A stretch of 63,788 nt of DNA, the filler included, from Octopus bimaculoides (Eukaryota): assembly GCF_001194135.2 (NCBI RefSeq). It is 8 parts of 8 records of this genome, joined end to end, with 100 filler letters (N's around TTAATTAATTAA, not from the genome) between each part and the next. Parts side by side here need not be neighbours in the genome. Positions count along the whole stretch, not along the records: positions 1 to 19,896 come from NC_069007.1; positions 19,997 to 32,970 come from NC_069003.1; 6 more parts are not named here. One strand, given 5' to 3'. The notes beneath the pieces are model-generated. The model did no database searches and was not told where the DNA came from. It was given only the letters and a program-made list of their open reading frames with translations. This document shows, piece after piece, positions 13,341-25,200 of this stretch. The position numbers and the translations under genes are program-made. The first letter of the stretch is position 1. Each line of letters opens with the position of its first letter.

Positions 13341-14126
13341 GATATATATATATGCATGTAAATATACATATATACATATATACATATATGTATATATATA
13401 TGTGTGTGTGTATATATATATACATACATATATGTATATGTAAGTGGGAAATCTCGTAGGATAAACAAACGAAAGTAGGCGATCTATTTTGTGCACTGTG
13501 CCATCGCTTCCCGTGCCACTGCTTGCTAAAAACTTTCCGCAAATCGAACGATCGCCAGCGCTTCTAAGAATTCGAAAAAATGAGAATACATTCCCCAAAC
13601 TGGTCCCGTAACTCTGTTAAATGCAGATTTCAAGATTTTTTCCATGGTTTTATCGAAGGGTTTGACGGTTTGGGCAAACCATGCGCCATCCTAAATACAT
13701 CTCTCAACGACAAATGTTAACCTCATGCGGTTTAAATTAGTGTGGGTGGTCAGGGAAAATTGCGAATGTGCGGATCTGATCGACTTAGATCCATAGAAAC
13801 CTTACCATAAGGTTGGTGTCTAATATTTGGCGGTTGTGTTTTACATTCTGAGTTCAAATGCAGCCGAGGTCATCTTTTGCTATCTCACTCCCGAGCCCAT
13901 AAAAATAAAATATCTAATCAAGTAATGGGCTCGATCTAATCGACTGGCCCATCCCCTCAAACTACTACCCTTGTGCCAAATTCTAAACTATTATTACTAT
14001 TTCTACTACTACCAGTACAAATATTACTAATATTATTAGTAGTAGTAGTTGTAGTAGCAGCAGCAGCAGCAGCAACAGCACTTGCAGCAGTAGTAGTGAA
14101 ACGGTAGGGCCAATATGTTCACATCC

Positions 14127-14743
14127 TCAAGGTGACGAGCTGGCAGAAAGGTTAGCACGCCGGGCGAAATACTTAGCGGTATTTCGTCTGCCGTTACGTT
14201 CTGAGTTCAAATTCCGCCGAGGTCAACTTTGCTTTTCATCTTTTCGGGGACGATAAATTAAGTACCAGTTACGCACTGGGGTCGATGTAATCGACTTAAT
14301 CCCTTTGTCTGTCTTTGTTTGTCCCCTCTATGTTTAGCCCCTTGTGGGCAATAAAGTAATAAGAAGCGTTAGCACACCGGGCGAAATGCTTAGCGGTATT
14401 TCGGCTGTCTTTACGTTCTGAGATCAAATTCCACCGAGGTCGACTCTGCCTTTCATCCTTTCGGGTTCGATTAAATAAGTACCTGTTGTATACTGGTGTC
14501 GATCTAATCGACTGACTCCTTCTCCCAAAATTTCAGGTCTGTGGCTATGTCTGCGTGAGTTTCAATATTTAACGTATTTTTCGTCTGTCTCCATGTTCTG
14601 AGTTCAAATCCCACCAAGGTCGACTCTGCCTTTCATCCTTTCGTCGTCGAAAAATTAAGTACCAGTTGCGTACTGCGGTAGATCTAATCGACTGGCCGCC
14701 TCACTCCCCAAAAATTTCGGGTCTTGTGCCTAGAGTAGAAAAG
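14127..14743 (+). mobile_element. Composite SINE-A: copy with Tx1-like tail plus two headless copies, bounded by a 15-bp TSD
   Basis: AATATGTTCACATCC at 14112-14126 and 14744-14758; internal junction aataaagtaataagaa|gcgttagcac at 14365/14366. Confidence 0.88.
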
Positions 14744-15626
14744 AATATGTTCACATCCCGTCCGTAGTAGACGCCATTCCACAGAATTCTCAGAAGGCAC
14801 GTGCGGTTAGGCGTGGAATAAAACTTACACAATTTCCCCCAAAATTTCATGACCTTCTACCAATGTGTGTGTGCATGTGTGTGTGTGTGTGTGTATGCTT
14901 GTATGTGTATACGAGTGTGTGAGAGACGGAGAGAGGGAGAGTCGTGTAATTTGCCTGAGCGTGCGTAAGATACTGATGTTGTTGCCGTTGTTGTTGGAGT
15001 TATTTTGTTGTAAGATTTATAAGAGAGGAATTTATCGAAGGAAAATATATATTTTTTATCAATATTCTATAAACTTATTATAGCAAAAAAAAAAAAAATC
15101 AGGTTTATATCGATTAAATATGTCGTTATTTCGAAGGAAATCATTAGAAATACACATGCATTTATTCCTTCATATTGATCTGTATTCATTCGCTTATGTG
15201 TAGTGTGGTGTAGTGTGTGTGTGTGTGTGTGTGTGTGCATCCGTGTTGTTTCGTATATGTGTGACAATTGATTTGTATATATCCTCGTTTACTTCGCTTT
15301 TCATGTTTAAACCAACATTGTTTAAATCAGTTGTTTGTTGGTGGGGGGGGGGGAAATATTTTCAACAAAATCAAAGAGCAACAATAATGCGAGGGAACAA
15401 ACATACACCCTACCCCGACCCCACACACGCCACACAGACAATCATGTGTGTGTGTGTGTGTGTGTGTGTAAAGGCAGTAGAAAATAAATTGTGTAGCTGT
15501 ATATATATATAAAGACAATAAATTTTATATATCTAGCTATAAATTCATGGTACTTATTCTTTAACTACCAACTGGGACATCCATCTGTCTGTTTATCTAT
15601 ATATCTATTTTATATAAGTATGTGTA

Positions 15627-15667
<41 letters not shown>

Positions 15668-15729
15668 ATGCGTGTAAATATAAGAATATTCATATCTATA
15701 TACCGTCGAGTGTGTTAAATTATATAGAC

Positions 15730-15764
<35 letters not shown>

Positions 15765-16170
15765 CAAACAGGTAGATAGATAGATAGATAGATAGATAGA
15801 TATGTATACAAATATATATGGGCACGGCGTAGCTATATGGTTGAAATCTAGCTTTGAAACGACCCCTCTACGACTTTAATTCGCAGGACAACACTTTGGG
15901 CTGATATCCTCTAATATAGCTCTGAGGCCCTGGGGCCCTGGGACACAGAAATGATTTGTAAGTGAATTTGAGAAAGGAAAGTGTAATAGAGCCAGGCGTA
16001 TATATGTGTGTGCGTGCGTGTGTGTGTGTGTATTTGCAAGTGTTTATGTATATAAAGACTGTTGTAGGGAATTAGTATTAATGGTATAACCCTCCCACGT
16101 GACGAATGGAATAACCTAGCCACTAGAAGTAAGAGAGTACGAGACAGTACGAGGGGGTGCGTAGTGGCGG

Positions 16171-16751
16171 AAGGAAACGGAGAAAAAAATTCTAAAATTT
16201 AAGCATATTATAAGAGTAAAGTTGCCCACAGACGTGTACTCTGAAAATGTGAAGGCCATTGCGGTCGATAAGCATACAGGAAACTAAAAGACATGTGCAG
16301 AGACAAAATTGATACGCCCGGAGTAGCGGTGGAGTTCGACGAGCTGCCACCAGTAATCGAACTCAAAGACTTGGAACCTTTTATGAGATGTTAAAAAAGA
16401 AAAAAAAAAAGTAAAACTGTGTGGGAAAAAAAGAAATAAAAAAGAAGGGGAAAAAAAAGAAACAAAAAAAGAAGGGAAAAAAAAGAAAGTGTTTTGGTTT
16501 ATATAAAAAAAAAGAGAAAAAAACAGATAATTAAGAAAAAAAACAACAGAAAAAGTGAACGATGGTAAATAGAAATAGTGTATATAAACGTTCAAATGGT
16601 ACTGCATGGTTATGGGGCCCATGCAGCCATTTCATTTCTTCATTATATAACATTTCATTGTCATTCGTTTTATATCCCCATTGTAATGTTGTGTCTGTCC
16701 TTGTAGTGTCCCCCTCTGTGCTGTGGCCGGAAGTGCCAAATAAAGAAATTT
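16171..16751 (+). mobile_element. 5'-truncated Tx1-type insertion (ORF1 C-terminus plus 3' UTR) with 14-bp TSD
   Basis: GTGCGTAGTGGCGG is repeated at 16157-16170 and 16752-16765. The insert ends gtctgtccttg...aaataaagaaattt. HIIRVKLP weakly resembles EIITVKMP in the C-terminus of the first ORF1. Confidence 0.55.
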
Positions 16752-17041
16752 GTGCGTAGTGGCGGTCAGAGATCGGTCGTGTTTTTACTGTTCTTTCTAA
16801 GTATGCTGTATACCGAAGTGGGCGTTATAACAATCCAACAAAATAAGGATTATAATAGTGCCAACGAGGATTTAACCAACGCACGCGGAATTAATAAAGT
16901 CGACGATGATCTAAACAACTCACGTGGTATTAATAAACTCTACAAGGAATTAACAAATCACGTGGGATTAACAATTCACGAGAAGATAACAAACTCACAA
17001 AGTTTTGTTGTGTGAATTTTGTGAAAAGAAAGCAGTCGTAA

Positions 17042-17112
<71 letters not shown>

Positions 17113-17236
17113 CGTATGTGTATATGTCTGTATGTATGTATAGTATTGTTCAGTTATATTTCAAGATTTCTCGTCAATAGAGAATGAGCCGGTTTCTAAC
17201 CTAGATTCAAGACTCCATTGGAATTTCAGCAACAGA

Positions 17237-17267
<31 letters not shown>

Positions 17268-17838
17268 TGTATGTATGTATGTATGTATGTACGTGTCTCC
17301 ATCGTTCTGTATTTGTTGCTATGTTCTTTCAGTTGTACTTCAATTAAGCTAATTATCTTTTCGCATTATTGTAAAGTACTAACGTCTTCAACCAGCCATT
17401 TCCGCCCTTTTTTTCTCTTAAAACAGACAGGGTTGCTTTCAGTGGAACTTGGCTTCTGTTACCAGCAGATCGACACGCTATTATGAGGCTGTGTTTCGAC
17501 TATGTTTACAAGTATACTATGCATAGTTGCGATATCCAGTCGGATATAACTTTCATTTAGACATGCAAGAACTCCAAACGTCTGGGTATGTGTGTTTCTG
17601 TGCGTACATGCGTTCGTGTGTGTACGTATTTGTGTAAGTGTGTTTCTGTGCGTATATGTGTTCGTGTGTGTACGTATTTGTGTATGCCTGTTGTTGTGTG
17701 TATGTGTGTGTGCTTATGTGAAATGCTAATAAAATCCACGATGGAACAAAATACTATGTGAGAACTATGAAATTCCAATTACGTCTCTTAACTGAATTTT
17801 GCTGAATTTAATTAACAAACGAAAAAATAAAATACAAT

Positions 17839-17839
<1 letters not shown>

Positions 17840-17870
<31 letters not shown>

Positions 17871-17918
17871 CATAATAATATATATGCTTACGTACATATT
17901 TATATATATGTACGTATA

Positions 17919-17951
<33 letters not shown>

Positions 17952-18121
17952 GCATACATACAAACATATATATATATATATATATGCATACATACAAACA
18001 TATATATATATGCATACATACAAACATATATATATATGCATACATACAAACATATATATATATATATATATATACATATATGCATACATACAAACATATA
18101 TATATATATGCATACATACAA

Positions 18122-18159
<38 letters not shown>

Positions 18160-18250
18160 GTATATATATATGCACACACACACACACACACACATATATA
18201 CTCATTCATACATACATATATGTTCATATACATATATATGGGCTGGTGTA

Positions 18251-18281
<31 letters not shown>

Positions 18282-18285
18282 ATAA
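17840..18285. repeat. Compound (TA)n/(CA)n microsatellite with a repeated gcatacatacaaaca unit
   Basis: The unit recurs about 6 times; similar compound tracts at 4900-5380, 13290-13440, 61131-61630. Confidence 0.9.
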
Positions 18286-19051
18286 GTAAATTTCACTGGG
18301 AAAATAATTTCCGGGAACTTATAGAGAAGTGAACGAAGAAAGCTGATAAGCAGTATGGCGTCTACTAACTTCATCCCAATTCTAGATTTGATTTCAGGCC
18401 TCCCCTATGTCAATGAGATTTCAATGCTTAAGGCTAATGCAGTATCGTCTGCTTTTACCGATTTATCATTCATATAGCCTAGATCGAATTGATGGTAAAT
18501 GATGAGACGATTACCTCCTGAGGAATGTACATTTAGACGCATACAAATAAGACACGAATGTTAAAAGATATTTTCTTTTATCTCTTTTGACTAAGAATTC
18601 TTATTTTCCACATTTTTCCAGTGCCACTAACATCGCCATTACTATCACCAGCGCCACCATCATCACCAACATCAACGTTATTACGAAAACCTTATGAACA
18701 AGATGGATTCTGATGCCGCCAGCTTCGAATTAACGATCTAATTTCACGGTGTACATTCAGACGTCGTAATTCGTATTCTTCGATTCAACATACAAGTTTG
18801 AACAAAATAATGAAAGAAAAAAAATAAATAAATATTTAGGCTATTCCTTTTGCTTATTTTTAATTTCGTTCTTTTTTTTTTCCTGCAAATTTGTAAGAAG
18901 TCTTCAAAAGCATGTCATCAATTTGTAACTATTCGCTTTTGATGAACTTAAGTGACTTAAACAAGGCACCTTAAATATATATATCTCGTTATTCTTTGCA
19001 AGAAATTGTTTCAGGATTCTAACGCAAAATATTGGCAGGAAGCATAAATTA

Positions 19052-19755
19052 CACCGGTCAACACATTTTTTTTCCTAACTTCGGTTTTGTGGTTGTTTTT
19101 AGTTAATTCTGAGATCCTGATTTCAAATACGGCATCCATTTTTCCCTAATACATCAGGTTTTCATTTTATAGCATACCCCTATTTTATGATGTACTGTAT
19201 AAATAATTTACTGGTCAGGATAGTTCACTAAGACTTATAGCTTCAAACCATAAGTTATAATAGCAATAGAATATGAAATGATAAATGAAATGTAAGACAG
19301 CATCATCTTTTACTAAATACATACTGTTAATTTTCTAGTATGATGGATAAAACACTAACCATCGTACAAATATCTTCATATTCATGGAACAAATTTCCAC
19401 TTGCGAGAGCGTCTTGAATATTTCATGTCTACACAGTCTCTTTGAATATTCCAACAGTAGTCTGCCGTCATGTGTGTGTTCCATTGGGATGGATATCTCT
19501 CCTCCATAATCTTGATTGCTTGATGAAAACGATCATCATGCACATCGCTCACATCTACGAGACAAGGAGGAAATTCATCGAGATGGTTATTGAGGAACTG
19601 AAGCTTTATGACGAAAGCTATCAAGTAATGTCTCCACCAAATCCTTGTAGTTTGCAGCCCTTTCACTCCCCCAAAATACATTCACAACAGTCACAGATGA
19701 ATCCCATGCACTTTTTTCAATGTCAGCCATCGAGTTCGTTAACTTTCTGATTTGG
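19052..19755 (-). mobile_element. Chapaev (CMC)-like DNA transposon 3' relic: transposase C-terminus and right terminus
   Basis: QIRKL...EKSAW...NYKDLVETLLDSF and IKLQFLNNHLDEFP..LVDVSDVHDDRFHQAIKIMEERY..QWN..MTADYCW; terminus ...gttgaccgGTG at 19052. Superfamily assigned from memory of the motif. Confidence 0.7.
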
Positions 19756-19799
19756 GGAAACAAACACAGATACACAAACATATACACACACACCCACAC

Positions 19800-19838
<39 letters not shown>

Positions 19839-19896
19839 GACGGGCTTCTTTCAGTTTCTGTCTACCAAATCCACTCACAAGGCTTTGGTCGGCTCG

Positions 19897-19996
19897 NNNN
19901 NNNNNNNNNNNNNNNNNNNNNNNNNNNNNNNNNNNNNNNNTTAATTAATTAANNNNNNNNNNNNNNNNNNNNNNNNNNNNNNNNNNNNNNNNNNNN
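19897..19996. other. Assembly join: 44 N + TTAATTAATTAA + 44 N (also near 33015, 43123, 49607, 57750, 61075, 62562, partial at 3781)
   Basis: The same six-frame-stop 12-mer is centred in roughly 100-bp N blocks. Confidence 0.95.
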
Positions 19997-20305
19997 ATAT
20001 ATACATATATATATATATATATGTATATGTATATATATATATATGTGTAAAGCAAAAAACAATCACTGAAAACACTATTAGTTTTGATTAATTTCCTTTA
20101 TATGGAAAGAATGTACTTCAAAGAAATAATTGATAAATAAATTGTACTTCCTCAACTTAGAACAATATAAGCTCAATTTAATTTTAATTTTTTATAAATT
20201 GATTTTAATTGAGTTTTTACATATATAGATATGTAAATATGTAATGTACATATGTGTGTGTGTATATACGCACATATATATGTATGTAGGTAGGTTTGTA
20301 TTGAT

Positions 20306-20355
<50 letters not shown>

Positions 20356-21900
20356 ACATGACATTTTAATAAGCAGAGCTTCAAATCTGATCAATTTGAG
20401 AATTTCAGTAAATGTATACCAATATCAAAAGACAAAGTCAAACACAGACCAATTATTCTATCAGAAATAATATGTTCTTCATTTTATTTTAGCCCATTGC
20501 AGCTAAAGCCATATATACATAGAAATGGATGACTTTTTTATAGCTATCTTTATTTCCTTATTTGCTTTTGAATGAAATATCTAATTAATCATTCAAAAAC
20601 ATTCAAATAAATGTCTCCTTGTTTGCTCGCCATTCTCTCTTCAAAATTTTTGTCACCATATCTAAACAGCTTCAATTAATTTTGAAAATAATGAAGAACG
20701 TAGTAAAATAATTTTATCATTATTAAGTTATTGTTTGGCATACAATAATAAGCACAAGGTCTGAGATTTTGAGGGAGGAGGCTCGTCGATTAAATCAGTC
20801 TCACTGCTCAACTGCTACTGATTTTATCAACCCTGAAAGGTGAAAGGCAAAGTCTACCTTGGTGAAATTTAATCCCTTAGTGTTTAAACCAGCCATATCC
20901 AGCCAGAATTTTTTACCCGTTTTATTTTCAAACTGGTCAAATGTGGTCTTTCATAGTATTTAACATGGTTCTGGGTTTAATTCCACTGCATGGAACCTTA
21001 GGCAAGTATCTACTATTATAGTCTAGGGCCAACCGAAGCCTTGTGAGCGAATTTGATTGAGGGAAACTGAAAGAAGCTTGTTATATATATGTGTGTGTGC
21101 CTGAGTTCATCACTGCCACCACCACTACTTGACAACTGCTGTTGGTATGTTTATATTCTTGTAACAGCAGTTCAGCAAGATGAAACTGATAGAATATGTA
21201 GTGAGGTCAATTCATTCAACCAAAATTCTTCAAGGCAGTACCCCAGCATAACCAGACTATTGACTGAAATCCCTTCATTATTCTTGAAGGGATATAGGAA
21301 TAATGAAAGGGAGAATGACAGACACAAAATTTATAAGAATGGGTATATCAAGATTGAATATAAGGAATTATAATTTTTTTTATTTTATGTATTTTTGGTT
21401 ATTTTATTAATCATCATCATCATCGTTTAACATCCGCTTTCCATGCTAGCATGGGTTGGACGATTTGACCAGGAGGCGACACCAGGCTCCAATTTGATTT
21501 GGCAGAGTTTCTACAGCTGGATGCCCTTCCTAACGCCAACCACTCCAAGAGTATAGTGCGTGCTTTTACGTGCCACCGGCACAAGGGCCAGTCAGGCGGT
21601 ACTGGCAACGGCCACGCTCAAAATGGTGTATTTTACGTGCCACCTGCATGGGACCCAGTCCAGCAGCACTGGCAATGATCTCGCTCGAATGTCTTTACAC
21701 GTGCCAGGAATGCGACGCTGGGAATAGGTGCCATCACGATTAGGCAACGCTGGGCAAAGGTGCCATCGGTCAAAATTTGTTATAATTATGAAAGGCCTTT
21801 GCAAGTTTGTTTTAACATATGCTTAGTTCATTGCAGGGAAATGCACCCAGTTTGGTAGAAAGGCCTTCTTAAAACAATTAAGAACTCGTCTAAGACTTAC

Positions 21901-22106
21901 TTCTGTTTTCTTTCAGAGATTTCTTCCACAACATCATCACTGTTAAAGTCAAGATCCTCATCATCCACTGGAATGTCAGATAGGGCTTCTGAGCTATCAT
22001 TCTTCTTNNNNNNNNNNTCACCATTGCAGCCTCATCTTCCTCCATCTCTTGCTTCAGTAAAATGACGTTCTCCTTGTGTTTTTTGGACCTCTCATGATTG
22101 GCAAAT
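21901..22106 (-). CDS. DNAJC21: DNAJC21 exon, second half of C2H2 finger plus acidic region (10-N gap inside)
   Basis: ttcttcag|ATTTGCC...CAGAA|gtaagt; [64 protein letters not shown](K). Confidence 0.92.
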
Positions 22107-22202
22107 CTGAAGAATAAAGATGCTTTTCAATTAATTAATGTAATGACAATCATATTAATATTATGTTATTATAATGTAAATACTATTATAACATAATATT
22201 AC

Positions 22203-22241
<39 letters not shown>

Positions 22242-25200
22242 AATTAGTTTAATGTTCTCATTTGCTTTGTTTCTTTCTGTTTTTTTTCTTTACAATATAA
22301 CAAATTTCACTGGTGAACAAAGAAAATGTGAGCTTTTGCTACCAAACAGATCATGAATGAAGCAAAAACCTCAACCTTATTTATCAACACACCCGACCAG
22401 AATATATATTTTTTTGAATATGAATCAATGGAGAAGCTTCTACATGGTCATTCAGTCTGCTAGAGATATCAGCCAAATTCCAACTATCATCTTTAAAAAG
22501 GAAGTATACTCTGGACAATGTAGTTCCAGATATACAAAGGAAGAGAACAGAAACCTTTTATTGTTGTTGCTTGATCGGGGCTACACAACAATTAAGAACA
22601 ACACCTATCATATATCCAGAATACCCAACCTACAACAAATACAATAATAATCCTGTTGATTACTGATCGAAAGATTTATTTGATTGATCAACACGAAATC
22701 AAGGATGGAGGATAAAACACAGATCAAAAAAAAAAAAAAAGCTTGAAAAGCAAAAAAAAATTTAAAAATTGGAAGAACAACAAATATAATAAAGTTGCAA
22801 ACAAAAAACAAAACAAAAATAAGTTGATATTTTCAAGGCAATAAAATCATTGGTTTCGAGGTTGTAGAGTCTAAAGATTATGGACTATAACCAAAGACTG
22901 TTTATTTCATATGATAATTATTCTCAATGGGAAAAGGACTGATGTTATGTACCATATATACTCATGTATAGTTTACACCCCAGTTTTGCATACAGCATTC
23001 TTGGTTCAGTACTTGATTTACATATATCCCAGGCTGTGTTAATTAATACTGCTTATAACATTATATTTTTCATCGTAACATATCAAACATGTAACCCATA
23101 TCTGTTTGTAGCTCTTAACAAATTAAACCCATGTTAGTGAATTCTTAATTCTTTATATGTAATGATTCTAGTTTTATTTATTTAACCCTTCAGCATTTAA
23201 ACCAGTCACATACAACCCAAATATTCAAACAGTTTTATGTTCAATCTGGCCGGATCTGACCTCTCACACCTACCCTACAATGTCATTCAGAAATATACAA
23301 TCACATCATTGAAATCTCAAAGCTATGCGATAATGCATGGTTAATTGAAAAAGTGAGCTAATAAGCATTACATTTGAGATAGTAATCTGAATGCTAAAGG
23401 GCTAATCATATACGATAACAAAATTATCACACTCTTACTATGCTGGTATGTATAAACCATCTATTCATCATCATCATCATCATCATCGTTTAACGTCCGC
23501 TTTCCATGCTAGCATGGGTTGGACGATTTGACTGAGGACTGGTGAAACCGGATGGCAACACCAGGCTCCAGTCTAATTTGGCAGAGTTTCTACAGCTGGA
23601 TGCCCTTCCTAACGCCAACCACTCAGAGAGTCTCAATTGATATTAAATGTATTTTCTGGTGTAAAACATGTGTGGATGCATGCTTATCAAGGTGAACAAA
23701 TTTTTTTATTAAATGATTGCTATAATTTCCTTACATAAAATCTGAGATCAGGAAAAAATATGAGGAGGATGAGGATGAAGAGGAAGATGATGAACCATCT
23801 TTATTACACCTGAGAGGTTGTCTCTGTTAAGACTAAAGTATCCATTCTACTCTTATGTTGCTTGTCTTCATTCTGTCTTTTTCTTTGAAGGAATTGTAAA
23901 TTAGGTGAAAATATTAAACCTTTAACTTCAAAATTAAATTTCATGGTTATTTTAATAATGGTTGTTAACTCTTTAGTATTTAAATCGGCCATATCTGGCC
24001 CAAACATGCTATGCATTTTGTGTTCTAACCAGCCAGATCCAGCGTAACACACCTACCCGTCAATGTTATCACATCATCAAAATTTCAAAACTATGAGATA
24101 ATACACGAATAGTTACAAAACAACGTGAATGAAAACACATTACATTTGACAGAATATGAATGTCAAAGGATTAAATATCCGTCAAAAATTAGAATTGGTT
24201 TTTTTCTACAAATTACATTGCCTCAATAGACTTGACATATCTCAAAATAAAATAGTTTCAAACAAGAGAGTTAAGGGTAATGAAATTTTGAGTGGATATA
24301 TCTGATTTCTGCAGGGAAGAGATTAAATCAGTGAATGGAACTAACATCAATATATGGGATATTAAGGAGCATGTTTAGTAGCATTTCATCTATTTTTAGC
24401 TTCTGAATTCAAATTCTGCCAGCATTAACTTTGCCTTTCATGAAAGCAGGGTCAATAAAAATAAGTACCTGTTGAACACTGGGATTGATATAATCAGCTT
24501 AACCACCTTCTCTGAAATTGCTGGCCTTGTACCAGAATTTGAAACCAAATATATACAATATTGATTTTACTGTTTTTATTGCCAAAATTACTAGTTTTAA
24601 CAAACAGATCATTCATTCATTCATTTGATAATTCTAGTTCATAAAATTGATGTACTTACGCTTTATCACTTTTAAAAGCTTTATTGCATGCTACACAAAA
24701 TAAGTCACCAGCATAATCTGCATCTTCTTCAGAGGAGAGATCTGTGAAAAAAAAAACAAAAGAAAAAAAAAGAAATTAATCCTTTAACATTCAGATTCTT
24801 CTGTCAAATATAATGTTTATTTATTTACATTGTATTGAATAATCATGCATTATCTTGTAGCTTCAAGATTTTGATGATGTGATTTATTTCTAGAGTGACA
24901 TTACGTGGCACCTTGGGCAGGTGTCTCCTATTATGGCATCGGGCCAACCAAAGCCTTGTCTGTGGATTTGGTAGGCAGACAGAAGCTGAAAGAAACCTGT
25001 TACACGCACATATACATACATACATATACGCTTTTACTCTTTTACTTGTTTCAGTCATTTGACTGCGGCCATGCTGGAGCACCGCCTTTTAGTCGAGCAA
25101 ATTGACCCCAGGACTTATTCTTTGTAAGCCTAGTACTTATTCTGTCGGTCTCTTTTTGCCGAACCGCTAAGTTACGGGGACGTAAACACACCAGCATCAG

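Noticed and set aside
21790-21867. Possible terminal DNAJC21 exon (RPFYQTGCISLQ*)
   Set aside because: It would need a 33-nt intron and shows no similarity to the expected C-terminus.
22400-22710. Broken frames faintly like a LINE C-terminus (KPFIVV...[10 protein letters not shown])
   Set aside because: Too degraded to assign without a profile search.
23804-23890. Possible extra DNAJC21 exon [24 protein letters not shown]
   Set aside because: Splice sites are weak, the phases are asymmetric (2-0), and it would split the C2H2 finger whose two flanking exons already join in phase.
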